Origin: Chthoniobacteraceae bacterium
GTDB taxonomy: Bacteria > Verrucomicrobiota > Verrucomicrobiia > Chthoniobacterales > Chthoniobacteraceae
Reading direction: 5' to 3'
Assembly (NCBI GenBank): GCA_040081625.1
Contig: JBEBGD010000067.1
Coordinates: 1-29,401, forward strand
Length of the DNA: 29,401 nucleotides
In this document: positions 17,051-26,478 of the stretch, piece by piece
Position numbering within the stretch: position 1 is the first letter of the stretch
Layout of the letters: every line of letters begins with the position of its first letter
Position numbers and translations under genes: made by a program
The notes under the pieces: generated by a model
Told to the model about the DNA's origin: nothing
The model's input: the letters and a program-made list of their open reading frames with translations, nothing else
The model's database searches: none

Positions 17051-17443
17051 TTATGCGGAGCGCTTCACCGCGACTGCTTCGATCTCGTAGCGCAGCGTCG
17101 GCGGCAGGCAGTTCGTGATCGTGGTCCGCGCCGGGAAGGGCTCGGTGAAAAATTCGCGGTAGATGTCGTTATAGACCGGCACATCCGCCGCATCGCGCAC
17201 GTAGTTGCGCGTCTGGATCACGTGCGCGAGGTCGCTGCCCGCCGCCTCGAGCACCTTGCGCAAGTTCTCGATCGAGCGCCGCACCTCGCCCTCGATCGTG
17301 TCGCAGACGATGCTGCCGTTCGCATTCACCGACGCCTGGCCGGAGACGAAGATGAGATCGCCGAAGCACACGCACGGGCTGAAGGGCAGCGGCGAAGTGG
17401 GAGTGTCGGCGTTGCGCGGGTAGGAGACGAGTGGGTGGGGCAT
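17051..17443 (-). CDS. RidA/YjgF family enamine/imine deaminase
   Basis: PFSP, IFVSGQ, NLRKVLEAAG, FPARTT (catalytic Arg retained), YEIEAVA; ATG 17443. Confidence 0.9.
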   Translation of the reverse strand: MPHPLVSYPRNADTPTSPLPFSPCVCFGDLIFVSGQASVNANGSIVCDTIEGEVRRSIENLRKVLEAAGSDLAHVIQTRNYVRDAADVPVYNDIYREFFTEPFPARTTITNCLPPTLRYEIEAVAVKRSA

Positions 17444-17575
17444 CGGAGTGGTAATGCGTGAAGCTGGCTGGGTCTTGGTGCGGATGGCAAGGCTGACGCG
17501 GCGCAAAGATAAAACAATTCCTTGCTGCTTCACATACAACGCCACTACAGGCGGCGCTCACTTCCGATTAAAATC

Positions 17576-20500
17576 ATGAACACCAAATCGACCACCCATC
17601 CCGCGCCGCGCTGGCTCCGCCTCGCGCTGCTCGCCGCCGCCAGCCTCTTCGCATCCTCGGCGGGTGCGCAGGTGACGGCTTATATCCTCGATGGCACCAA
17701 TCTCCGCACGGTGCCGCTCGCGAATACGCCGGCGATCTCGGCACCGCTCCCGATCACGGGCGTGACGGCGGGCGAGACGCTCGTGGCCATCGATGTGCGC
17801 CCGCAGAACCAGCAACTCTACGCGCTGGGCGTGAATGCGACGACGGAGACGGCGACGCTGTATTGCATCTCGCCGCAGACGGGTTTCGCGGGGATCGTGG
17901 GGACGGCGGGTTCGATCGCGTTCACCACGGATGGCGCGACCCCGGTGGATTTTCCCGATCCGGCGACGACCGGGTGGGACATCGATTTCAACCCCGCGGT
18001 GGATCGCCTGCGCATCGTCGCGGGCAGCTTGAACTGCCGCGCGAACCCGAACACCGGCCTGCCGGTCGATGGGAACAACGGGGGCGGCGTCACGACCGGC
18101 ACCAACCCGGACGGATCGGTCAACGGCGGCGCGACGACCGTGAGCGCGACCGCTTACACGAACAGTAAGGTTCAGGCCAGCGCCGGTGCCATCACCACGC
18201 AATACACACTCGATGCGGCGACCGACTCGCTCTTCATCCAAAACCCGCCGAACGGCGGCACGCAGAACTCCGTTGCAGGGGTGACATTCGGCGGCAACCC
18301 GCTGGATTTCTCCGCGCTGGCCGGCTTCGACATCGGGCCGGGCATCGACGCGCCGTCTTCGAATTCGCCGGTGGCGGCGGGCTCGGGGATCGCCCTGCTG
18401 ACGGTCGGCGGGACGACCGGGATCTACAGCCTCAACCTCGTCAACGGGGAGGCCTCGCTCCTCGGCACGGTGCCCGGCGGGCGCGGCGTCGCGATCCGTC
18501 GGGAGGGCGGCGTGGGCCTCGCGCTGAACGCCGAAAACCTTTTTCTCCTGCGTTTCGATACCCTCTCTCCGAACCCGGTGCTGAGCACGCAAATCGATGT
18601 CAATCAGTTGGCGAGCGGTGAAGCCCCGGTGGGCGTGGATTACCGCCCGCAGACCGGTCAGTTCTACCTGCTGGCCTTGGGGGGCGACACCGGGACGCTC
18701 TACCTCCTCGATCCGCTGAGCGGCGGGCTCACCGCCGTGGGCGCGCAGAGGAGCATCGCTTTTGTCGATGCCGCTGGAGACCCCGTGCCGTTTCCGGACC
18801 GGTTCGCCACCGGCTACGGCGTGGACTTCAATCCCACCGTGGATCGCCTGCGCGTGACCAGCGCGACCGGCTTGAATTTCCGCGTGGATCCCAACACGGG
18901 GTTGGGGGCTGACGGCAACCTCGGCGGTGCGGCGGGCAGCGTGGCGGGCGTGAATCCCGACGGGGCAATCAATGGCGGCGGAACAGGAGTCGCGGGCTCG
19001 GCCTACACGAACAGCTTCGCCCAGTCGCTCACCGGCGGCGTGACGACGCTCTACGCGATCGATGCGGCCAGCAATTCGCTCTACATCCAGAACCCGCCCA
19101 ACGCCGGGACGCTGACTGCGGGCGTGGCGATCACCTCTGGCGGCAACTCGCTGGTCGTTTCCCAGGTCAACGGCTTTGACATTCCCGCCAGCGTGCGGGT
19201 CGCCACCTCCAATGCCGCGGCGGTCGGTGAAGGCTGGATGCTCTCCGGCCCGAGGAATGGCACCCGGCTTTATCGGCTGGACCTCACCACGGGCGTGGCG
19301 ACGGATGTCGGCGGCCTCGACAGCTTCGGCGCGCCGCTCGCCGGGCTCACCGTCATCGCCACGCCGAGCTTGCTCATGCGGGACTCCGCGGCTGCGATCA
19401 TCTACGATGGGCTCGCGACGGCGGACTTCGGCGCTGTCGCCAGCGGCTCGACGGGCACCTCGACCTTCACCGTCGAGAACAAGGGCAGCCAGGCGCTGAC
19501 CTACAGCGCGACGATCCCCGCAGGCCCCTACACGGTCACGCAAAACGCCAGCGGCCTCGTGGCCCCGGGCGGCGGCGTGACCATCGAGGTCACCTACACA
19601 GGCGGCGGCACCGGCGTGGAAACCGGCACGCTCTCCATTGCCACCAACGACGCCGCGGTGCCCTCGTTTGAAGTCGCCCTCACCGGGAATTCCGTCGTCA
19701 CGTTGGCCGGCGACAAAGTGACCGTCACCACCGGCACCACGCGGCTCAACCCGCTCGCCAATGACGGCTTCGACGAGACGTTCGCGATCGACAGCGTGAG
19801 CGACCCGGCCATCACCATCGACGGCCGCACGCTGCTCATCCCGTCCACCTTCATCGGCACCTTCACCTACACGGTGACGGATGGCACGACGATCGGGCTC
19901 GGCACCGTGACTGTCGCCGCAGGTGCGCCGGTAGCGGCTCCCACGACGTTCAACGGCCTCATCTACGACATGGCGTCAGACGTCATCGGCTCGGCGACAG
20001 CCACCATCTCGGCGACCGGCGTCGCCACCGTGCAGTTGGCCGCCAGCACCTCGAAGGCGAAGACCAAGATCACCTTCCCGACCGGCGGCATCACCGCCAG
20101 CGCCTTCACGACGCTCGGCTACGTCACCCTCGTGAAGAAGGTGGACGGCACCGTGGATGTCTTCATCGCCGCGCTCGGCGGCGTCGTCGCCGGCAACTTG
20201 CGCCCGGTGAAAACCCCCGCGACCGCGGAGAAGCACCACATCGCTCTCGGGAGCATCAATGCGGCCTTCCCCGGCGGCGGCTACGCCATCGCGACGGTCA
20301 GCGCGAAAGGCGCGGTGAAAATCACCGGCCTGCTGCCGGACGGCATCCCGTTCAGCACCGCCGCCTCGCTCCGCGACAATGGCACCATCGCCATCTACGT
20401 GCCGATCACCAAGGGCCCGAACCCGCCCGCCTTCCTCGGCGGCGAACTGCTCACCGCCGACCTCACCGCCACCGACGTGACCGGTGAACTCCTGTGGACC

Positions 20501-20881
20501 AAATTCCCGCAGGTTGTCACCAAGGGCCTGCACCTCGCCGGCGTGGACACCATCCTCGCCGCCAACGGCTGCAAATTCACCGGCCTCGACCCGCTGCTCA
20601 CCGGCACCGGCACGCTCGCCCTCACCGGCGGCAACCTCGCGGCAAATGAAGTCGGACCGTCGATCATCAGCGTCGCTGGCATCCCGACCCTCCCGGCTGG
20701 CGCACTGAAAACGTGGACCGGCGTGAAGCAGAAGGTCGGCAAATTCAGCGCGACCGTCACCGTGCCCGGCATCACCAAGCCGGTCAAAGGCAGCGGCCTC
20801 TACCTGCCGAAGAGCAGCAGCGCCTGGGGCTTCTTCCCCGGCACGACCGTCGGCGGCAGCATCAATCTGACGGTGCCGTAA
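17576..20881 (+). CDS. Large secreted/surface protein: two DUF4394-like repeats, an ASH/choice-of-anchor-D-like domain, an Ig-like domain and an unassigned C-terminal beta-rich region
   Basis: Signal peptide ending AGA-Q; duplicated motifs GETLVAIDVRPQ/GEAPVGVDYRPQ, DFNPAVDRLR/DFNPTVDRLR, AYTN, LFIQNPPN/LYIQNPPN; DFGAV...FTVENKG...LSIATND; NPLANDG...GTFTYTVTDG. Confidence 0.82.
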   Translation: MNTKSTTHPAPRWLRLALLAAASLFASSAGAQVTAYILDGTNLRTVPLANTPAISAPLPITGVTAGETLVAIDVRPQNQQLYALGVNATTETATLYCISPQTGFAGIVGTAGSIAFTTDGATPVDFPDPATTGWDIDFNPAVDRLRIVAGSLNCRANPNTGLPVDGNNGGGVTTGTNPDGSVNGGATTVSATAYTNSKVQASAGAITTQYTLDAATDSLFIQNPPNGGTQNSVAGVTFGGNPLDFSALAGFDIGPGIDAPSSNSPVAAGSGIALLTVGGTTGIYSLNLVNGEASLLGTVPGGRGVAIRREGGVGLALNAENLFLLRFDTLSPNPVLSTQIDVNQLASGEAPVGVDYRPQTGQFYLLALGGDTGTLYLLDPLSGGLTAVGAQRSIAFVDAAGDPVPFPDRFATGYGVDFNPTVDRLRVTSATGLNFRVDPNTGLGADGNLGGAAGSVAGVNPDGAINGGGTGVAGSAYTNSFAQSLTGGVTTLYAIDAASNSLYIQNPPNAGTLTAGVAITSGGNSLVVSQVNGFDIPASVRVATSNAAAVGEGWMLSGPRNGTRLYRLDLTTGVATDVGGLDSFGAPLAGLTVIATPSLLMRDSAAAIIYDGLATADFGAVASGSTGTSTFTVENKGSQALTYSATIPAGPYTVTQNASGLVAPGGGVTIEVTYTGGGTGVETGTLSIATNDAAVPSFEVALTGNSVVTLAGDKVTVTTGTTRLNPLANDGFDETFAIDSVSDPAITIDGRTLLIPSTFIGTFTYTVTDGTTIGLGTVTVAAGAPVAAPTTFNGLIYDMASDVIGSATATISATGVATVQLAASTSKAKTKITFPTGGITASAFTTLGYVTLVKKVDGTVDVFIAALGGVVAGNLRPVKTPATAEKHHIALGSINAAFPGGGYAIATVSAKGAVKITGLLPDGIPFSTAASLRDNGTIAIYVPITKGPNPPAFLGGELLTADLTATDVTGELLWTKFPQVVTKGLHLAGVDTILAANGCKFTGLDPLLTGTGTLALTGGNLAANEVGPSIISVAGIPTLPAGALKTWTGVKQKVGKFSATVTVPGITKPVKGSGLYLPKSSSAWGFFPGTTVGGSINLTVP

Positions 20882-20905
20882 CCGCGCACCGCGCAGATCG
20901 AAATC

Positions 20906-20939
20906 AAGAGCCCCGCTCTCGCAAGGGAGCGGGGCTTTT
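20906..20939. terminator. Intrinsic, probably bidirectional, terminator between convergent genes
   Basis: AAGAGCCCCGCTCTC-GCAA-GGGAGCGGGGCTTTT: long GC stem, GNRA loop, T-rich tails on both strands. Confidence 0.85.
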
Positions 20940-20942
20940 CGT

Positions 20943-22403
20943 TTACGCGGGTTCGAGCGGAAAGATCGGACGCCGCACGTGGCGAAACGGCAGCGTGCGC
21001 AGATTGCTCGAGCACGGTCCAGGCGTGTCCACCCACAGCATCCGCGTCGCGATCGGATCGTAAGCGCGGCGATGCGCGACCGCCGCCTTCACGACGATCA
21101 CGGACAAGTCGCGCGGCTCGATCCCCTGGCTGCGCCACTGGCCGAGATCGAAGGGCGGCGTGCGGCGGCTCGTGAGCAGAATCGTGAGCCCGCCATGACG
21201 CACGACCGCGCACGGGCCCATGTCGAAGTGATCGCCGGACATCGATGCGAGATGACTCTGCTTGTCCTCGAGCTCGAACTTCCCATCACTGCGACTGAGT
21301 AGTTCGACTTCGAGCGTGAGCGGCCCGGCATCGAGCCGACTGCCTTTGCCGCCGATCGGCAAGGTCGTCTTCGCGCCGATGGCGAGCGCGGCGAGTTGCT
21401 GCACGGCTTCGGGATCGTTGATCGCAATGGCGGAGTTTGGGATCGCGCGTTCGAGCAGCGCGCGCAGCAAGCCGGTGCCATCGCCCGGCGCGCCGCCGCC
21501 GACGTTGTCGGAAGGCTCGACGAGCACGGTCAGGCCGGGCGGGAGCGGATCGAGCGTCGCCATCACGTCGGCGAGCGGCGGGTCGGTCACGTTGCCGGCG
21601 GCTTTGTTTTCGAGCGTGAAGTCGCTGAGTTGCTGCAACGCTTCGCGCGCCTGCGTCTCCGGCCCGGTCGTCGCGATGGCGAAGCTCACGCCGGTGTGCG
21701 GCGTGTCCGCGAAGGAGAACCCGGCGACGACATTCACGACCCAGAAATCCGTCTCCATGCGTCGCGCAGTCCGCTCGAGCGTGAGCATCGGCTCGTTCGC
21801 CGTGGCTGTGCCGGTCGGCGGCCACATCACCGGCGGATGCTGCCAGAACATGCGCGGCACTTCCTTCGTCGTAAGCGCGCGCTGGAGAAGTTCGGCGGCG
21901 ATCTGCGCAGCGCGGCGGCCGTCGGTGTGCGGATTCTCGCGATAGCCGACGAGGCAGTTCGCCAGCTCCGCCATGCGCTGCGTGAAGTTCGCGTGCAGGT
22001 CGAACACGCCGAAAACCGGCACATCGCCGACGAGCCCGCGCACTCGCGCGAGCACCTCGCCTTCCACATCGCCGAACGACTGCGAGACCATCGCGCCATG
22101 CAGCACGAGATAAACGGCGTCGAACGTCCCGTGCGCGCGCGCCGTCAGTTCGCGCCAGAAGGTTTCGACCACCTCGTCCTCGACGATCGCGCCCGGCACC
22201 GCGCAGCAATCCACCGCCGGCACGATCTCCCAACCGTAGGTCTTCGCCGACTCGAGCACGCCGCCGAGCGGCGAACTGTCTCCCGCGCGCCGCAGCAACT
22301 CCTCGCCGCGCAACACGTCGAACTCGCGCAGGCTCGTCGTGCCTTCGAGGAAAGTGTGCGTCTCGTGAAACAGCCCCGCGAGCAGGACGCGCGGGCGGCT
22401 CAT
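20943..22403 (-). CDS. MlrC-like metallopeptidase, family M81
   Basis: HETHTF, LHGAM, DLHAN, YRENPHTD, SDNVGGG, VVKAAVAHR, VDTPG. Confidence 0.9.
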   Translation of the reverse strand: MSRPRVLLAGLFHETHTFLEGTTSLREFDVLRGEELLRRAGDSSPLGGVLESAKTYGWEIVPAVDCCAVPGAIVEDEVVETFWRELTARAHGTFDAVYLVLHGAMVSQSFGDVEGEVLARVRGLVGDVPVFGVFDLHANFTQRMAELANCLVGYRENPHTDGRRAAQIAAELLQRALTTKEVPRMFWQHPPVMWPPTGTATANEPMLTLERTARRMETDFWVVNVVAGFSFADTPHTGVSFAIATTGPETQAREALQQLSDFTLENKAAGNVTDPPLADVMATLDPLPPGLTVLVEPSDNVGGGAPGDGTGLLRALLERAIPNSAIAINDPEAVQQLAALAIGAKTTLPIGGKGSRLDAGPLTLEVELLSRSDGKFELEDKQSHLASMSGDHFDMGPCAVVRHGGLTILLTSRRTPPFDLGQWRSQGIEPRDLSVIVVKAAVAHRRAYDPIATRMLWVDTPGPCSSNLRTLPFRHVRRPIFPLEPA

Positions 22404-22419
22404 CTCGGCAGGATTGGCG

Positions 22420-22542
22420 CAAGGAGCGGCGTGCGTCCCGCCGCCGACGAATCGGCCGCGCCGGAGGCGCGCTCAAAGTGGGAGATGCGGCGGGCTGACG
22501 CCCGAGCGGGAAAGACGGTGGCGGGACGCGCGCCGCTCCTTG
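22420..22542. repeat. Inverted GGAG-footed REP-like doublet (27-bp arms)
   Basis: CAAGGAGCGGCGTGCGTCCCGCCGCCG (22420-22446) and CGGTGGCGGGACGCGCGCCGCTCCTTG (22516-22542) are reverse complements at 25/27; each arm also folds on itself around a TCC loop. Confidence 0.8.
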
Positions 22543-22554
22543 GCGTGCGAGCGC

Positions 22555-23892
22555 TCATGCCTGCCACTCGCTCGCGTGTTGCGCGAAAGCCGGCTCCGCG
22601 CGTTGCAATGCCTCACTCACATCCGCATCGCGATGCGCGAGGCTGACGAACCAAAGCCCGCGCTCGATCGCGCGCACGCCGGATTCAAGCAGGCACCGGC
22701 GCAAGTGCGCCCAACGCGGCGCATCGTGCCGCCGCGCGTAGTCTCGGTAATCGCGGATCGGTCCTTCGCACGCGCCGGGCTTGAGCATCGCGCTGTGGAA
22801 GACGAGGCCCGGCCCTTGCGGACGCAGCGGGATGCCGTGCCGTTCGGCGAGGCTGCGAAGACCAGCCATCAGCTTGTGGCCCAGCGCGTTCACTTCGCGC
22901 GGATGCCGCTCGCCGAGCGATGCGACGTGATCGAGACACCACTTGCTCGCCGCGAGGCAGAGCGGATTTGCGTTCAACGTGCCCGCGTGAATAACCGCAC
23001 CAGCGATGATCCTGCTCATCGCCTTCTCCGTCCCCGCCAGCGCGGCAAAGGGCACGCCGCCGCCGACCGCCTTGCCGAGGATCGTGAGGTCGGGAGTGAA
23101 GCCGAGATACTGCTGCGCGCCGCCCGCGCCGAAGCGGAAGCCGGTAATCGTCTCGTCCGCGATCATCAGCGCGCCTTCGCGGTCGCACAGTTCGCGGATC
23201 GTCTCGATCATGCCGGGCACCGGCTCCATGCAGCCGGTGTTGCAAAGCACGGGCTCGAATATGATCGCCGCGATCCTGCCCGAAAACTCCGCGACGCGCC
23301 GGCGCAGATGCTCGGGATCGTTCCAGCGCGCGACGACGAATTGCTCGAGCACCTCCGGGATCACGCCCGCGCTCGGGTGCAGTCGCGTCGGATGCTCATC
23401 GTCGCCCCACGCGTCCGGCGGCGGTGCGAAACCGACGAGCCCTTCATCCGCCCAGCCGTGGTAGTGGCCCTCGAACTTTACGACGAGCGGCTTGCCCGTG
23501 TGCCCGCGCGCGAGCCGCAGCGCGGAGAGCACGACCTCCGTCGCCGAGTTGCTGAAGCGCACGCGCTCCGCCGACGGGATCATCGCCTGTAAACGCTCGG
23601 CGACGTCGATCTCCAACTCGCACTGCGCGGCCCAGTGCGTGCCGAGCCGCGCCTGCGCGGCGATCGCGTCGGCCATGCCCGCTGGCGCGTGACCGTAGAG
23701 CAGCGCGCCCTGGCCAATCTGGAAGTCGATGTATTCGTTCCCATCCACGTCCCACACACGCGCGCCGTCGCCGCGCTGGAAGTAGAGCGGCACGGGCTGC
23801 TCCATCTTGCGAATGCCGCTGTTCACGCCTGCGGCGATGCTGCGTTGCGCGCGCTCGAAAAGTCGGCGGGAGTTGGCGAATCGGTCGGTCAT
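22555..23892 (-). CDS. Class III PLP aminotransferase, glutamate-1-semialdehyde aminomutase-like
   Basis: WDVDGNEYID, FSNSATE, KFEGHYHG, IIFEP, DETITGFR, LGKAVGGG (PLP lysine), GTLNANPL. Confidence 0.88.
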   Translation of the reverse strand: MTDRFANSRRLFERAQRSIAAGVNSGIRKMEQPVPLYFQRGDGARVWDVDGNEYIDFQIGQGALLYGHAPAGMADAIAAQARLGTHWAAQCELEIDVAERLQAMIPSAERVRFSNSATEVVLSALRLARGHTGKPLVVKFEGHYHGWADEGLVGFAPPPDAWGDDEHPTRLHPSAGVIPEVLEQFVVARWNDPEHLRRRVAEFSGRIAAIIFEPVLCNTGCMEPVPGMIETIRELCDREGALMIADETITGFRFGAGGAQQYLGFTPDLTILGKAVGGGVPFAALAGTEKAMSRIIAGAVIHAGTLNANPLCLAASKWCLDHVASLGERHPREVNALGHKLMAGLRSLAERHGIPLRPQGPGLVFHSAMLKPGACEGPIRDYRDYARRHDAPRWAHLRRCLLESGVRAIERGLWFVSLAHRDADVSEALQRAEPAFAQHASEWQA

Positions 23893-23906
23893 CGGTGCAA
23901 TATGGA

Positions 23907-25478
23907 TTACTTCGAGGGTGCGGGACTTAGGCGCAAAGACCCACCGCCGCGCGTCTCCGTCACCGCGCCGTCGCGCAGCACCGCGGCGCCGTTCACGATC
24001 ACGTCGCTGAAGCCGACGGCGAAATGATGCGGGTCGTCGAACGTCGAAGGGTCGCTGATTTTCTCCGGGTCAAAGATCACGATGTCCGCGAACGCACCGG
24101 GCTTGAGCACGCCGCGATCGGCTAGGCGGAAGGTCTGCGCCGGGAGCGAAGTCATGCGGCGAATCGCTTCCTCGATTGGAATGAGTTTCAACTCGCGCAC
24201 GTAGCGGCCGAGCACGCGCGCGTTGTTGCCGTAGCTGCGCGGGTGCGGCACGTCGTCGCCGGGGATGCGCGGGCCGCCGTCGCTCGCGATCATCGTGTGC
24301 GGATGGCGCAGGAAGGCCTGAAGATCGGGCTCGCTCATGCCGTGGAAGATCGCACTCGCGCCGCCCTGCCGCTCGATGTCGAAGATCAGCTCGATCTGGT
24401 CGTCGAGCGAATCCGACCCGCGCTTGAGTTTCGCGGCGGCGGCGACGCTTTTGCCGTTGAGCGAGGAATCCGCGTCGAATTTCGCGATGACCGCGTAGGC
24501 GTAGTCGGTGCGGCCCTGCCGCTCGCGGGTGCGCGCCATTTCGGCAAGGATCTCGACTTTCTGCTCGGGCGAGGCCAGCCGCGCGATGAAGTCGTCGCGC
24601 GTTCCTTCGCGCGCTTTGTCGGGGATGAGCTGCGCAAGGCCGGTGCTCGATGCGGTGTAGGCGTAGGCGTCGTGCGTGATCCCGAGCCCCTCCGCGCGCG
24701 CGCGATCGAGGACCGCGAGCACCTCGTCGGCCTTTCCCCACGCGGACGGGCCGGAGAGCTTGAGGTGCGAGACTTCCGCGCGGATGCGCGCCTCGCGCGC
24801 GACGGTGAACAGCTCCTCGAGCGCGTCGAAGATTCTCGTCGTCTCCGCGCGCATGTGGCTCGCGTAGATACCGCCGTGCGCCGCAGCGACCTTCGCCAGC
24901 TCTACGATCTCGCCCGTCTTCGCGAACGTCCCCGGCAGGTAGATCAACCCGGTGCTGAGGCCGACGGCGCCGTCTTTCATCGCCTGCTCGACGAGCGCCT
25001 TCATCTGCTCGAGTTCCTCCGCCGACGGCTCGCGCGAGAAGTTCCCGCCCATCGCCTTTTGCCGCACGGAATTGTGGCCAACGAGCGTGGCGACGTTGAT
25101 CGCGACCTTCGCGGCGTCGAGTTCCTCGAAGAACTTCGCCACGTCGGTGCGCGAGCCGCCGCAGTTGCCGGTGACGATTGTCGTCACGCCCATGCGCACG
25201 AAGTTCTCCGCGTCCGGCGTGCGCGCGATGCGCTCGGAGTGCGTGTGGACGTCGATGAATCCCGGCGCCGCAACGCGACCTTGCGCGTCGATCACCGTCG
25301 TCGCGGTGCCGGCGACTTCGCCGAGTGCGACGATGCGGCGGTCCTTCACCGCGATGCTTCCCTTCACCAGTGGCGCGCCGGTGCCGTCGGCGATGCGCGC
25401 GTTGGTGATCAGCAGGTCATACTGCTGCGCGCGGACACCGCTGACGAGGAGCAGCGCGAAGAGCGCGGCGAACTTCAC
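23907..25478 (-). CDS. N-acyl-D-amino-acid deacylase (D-aminoacylase), with signal peptide
   Basis: PGFIDVHTH, GNCG, GHNSVR, GLSTGLIYLPG, SHMRAE, SHLK, SDGG, HPRSYG, ADIVIFDP; GTG 25478 overlaps the upstream TGA. Confidence 0.9.
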   Translation of the reverse strand: MKFAALFALLLVSGVRAQQYDLLITNARIADGTGAPLVKGSIAVKDRRIVALGEVAGTATTVIDAQGRVAAPGFIDVHTHSERIARTPDAENFVRMGVTTIVTGNCGGSRTDVAKFFEELDAAKVAINVATLVGHNSVRQKAMGGNFSREPSAEELEQMKALVEQAMKDGAVGLSTGLIYLPGTFAKTGEIVELAKVAAAHGGIYASHMRAETTRIFDALEELFTVAREARIRAEVSHLKLSGPSAWGKADEVLAVLDRARAEGLGITHDAYAYTASSTGLAQLIPDKAREGTRDDFIARLASPEQKVEILAEMARTRERQGRTDYAYAVIAKFDADSSLNGKSVAAAAKLKRGSDSLDDQIELIFDIERQGGASAIFHGMSEPDLQAFLRHPHTMIASDGGPRIPGDDVPHPRSYGNNARVLGRYVRELKLIPIEEAIRRMTSLPAQTFRLADRGVLKPGAFADIVIFDPEKISDPSTFDDPHHFAVGFSDVIVNGAAVLRDGAVTETRGGGSLRLSPAPSK

Positions 25479-26434
25479 TCGCGGTTGAAGCGGTGGACGC
25501 GGCCGAAGATGTTGTATTCGGCGACGAAAACATTCCCCTTCGCATCGAACGCCACGCCGTGCGGCGCGGTGACGACCCCGGTGCGCCACTTGTCGGGCTC
25601 GGTCTTGTTCGTGCCGACTTCATCGGCCTTGTCGTTCCCGCCGAACTGAAGCGCGATCTTCCCGGCCTTGTCGAGGAGCGTGACGCGTCCCTTGATCTCG
25701 CCGATCGCCGCGTAGTCGCCATGAACCGCGACGGCTGCGGGGAGCATCAAATCTTTCGCGATGATGCCGAGCAGTTCGCCGTCGAGCGACATGTGGACGA
25801 CGCGACCGTTCGCGCGATCGACGCCGATGATGCGCGCAGGCTCGAAGCGGGTGTCCACGGCGATTTTGTGCAGCGTGCTGAAGCTGTAGGGCGCCGCTTT
25901 GCCGCCGAAGGATCGGAGGTATTTGCCGGTCTTGTCGAAGCGATGGACGTAGTCGCTCGAGTAGCCGTCGGTCACGAAGAGGTCGCCATTCGGCGCGACA
26001 TCCATCGCGGTGAGCCGCACGCCGGCCTTGCCATCCTTGCCGGTTTTCTTGAACGAATCGGGGATCGCGGTCTGCGGGATGTTGAGCACTTCCTTCCCGT
26101 CGAGCGTGAGCTTGAGGATGTTCCCCGCGCCGAGTCGCGCACCGTAGATGAACTCGCCGCCGGCGTCCTTGCGGATGACGAAGCCGTGAAAGTCCGCGGG
26201 CGCGTTCGGCACGTTGCGCAGCCATTTGCCGTCCGCGCCGAAGACCTGCAGCCCGGCTTTCGGGTCCATGACGCTGACATAGACGTCGCCGTTCGACGCG
26301 ACGGCGACATCGCCGTGCATGTTGCCGATTACTTTCTTGCCGTCGGGGAATGAATACCAATCGGGGACGGCTTTGAATTCGAGCGCGAACGCGGAGGTGG
26401 CGAGGGCGAGGAGAACGAGGAGGGGTTGTTGCAT
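25475..26434 (-). CDS. Secreted NHL-repeat beta-propeller (PAL-like)
   Basis: Signal peptide MQQPLLVLLALATSAFA; repeats HGDVAVASNGDVYV, DVAPNGDLFVTDGY, HKIAVD, PHGVAFDAKGNVFVAE. Confidence 0.8.
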   Translation of the reverse strand: MQQPLLVLLALATSAFALEFKAVPDWYSFPDGKKVIGNMHGDVAVASNGDVYVSVMDPKAGLQVFGADGKWLRNVPNAPADFHGFVIRKDAGGEFIYGARLGAGNILKLTLDGKEVLNIPQTAIPDSFKKTGKDGKAGVRLTAMDVAPNGDLFVTDGYSSDYVHRFDKTGKYLRSFGGKAAPYSFSTLHKIAVDTRFEPARIIGVDRANGRVVHMSLDGELLGIIAKDLMLPAAVAVHGDYAAIGEIKGRVTLLDKAGKIALQFGGNDKADEVGTNKTEPDKWRTGVVTAPHGVAFDAKGNVFVAEYNIFGRVHRFNRE

Positions 26435-26440
26435 GGGGCG

Positions 26441-26470
26441 AAGGCAGGCGAATTCCGGGCCGCTCGTCAA
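26441..26470 (-). promoter_or_regulatory. Putative sigma70 promoter producing a leaderless NHL-gene mRNA
   Basis: TTGACG-18 nt-TGCCTT-6 nt-ATG on the minus strand. Confidence 0.4.
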
Positions 26471-26478
26471 CTGGCCAT

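Noticed and set aside
17558..19543. 661-aa minus-strand ORF opposite the DUF4394 gene
   Set aside because: Antisense shadow; the plus strand has a signal peptide and recognisable repeats.
17576..20881. Apparent shift from G-ending to C-ending codons along the DUF4394 gene, suggesting a mosaic origin
   Set aside because: This is only a visual impression; it needs a sliding-window codon-usage calculation that I cannot run.
20943..22403. Calling the region a microcystin degradation (mlr) cluster
   Set aside because: M81 homologues are widespread, and no mlrA, mlrB or mlrD-type gene is in the window.
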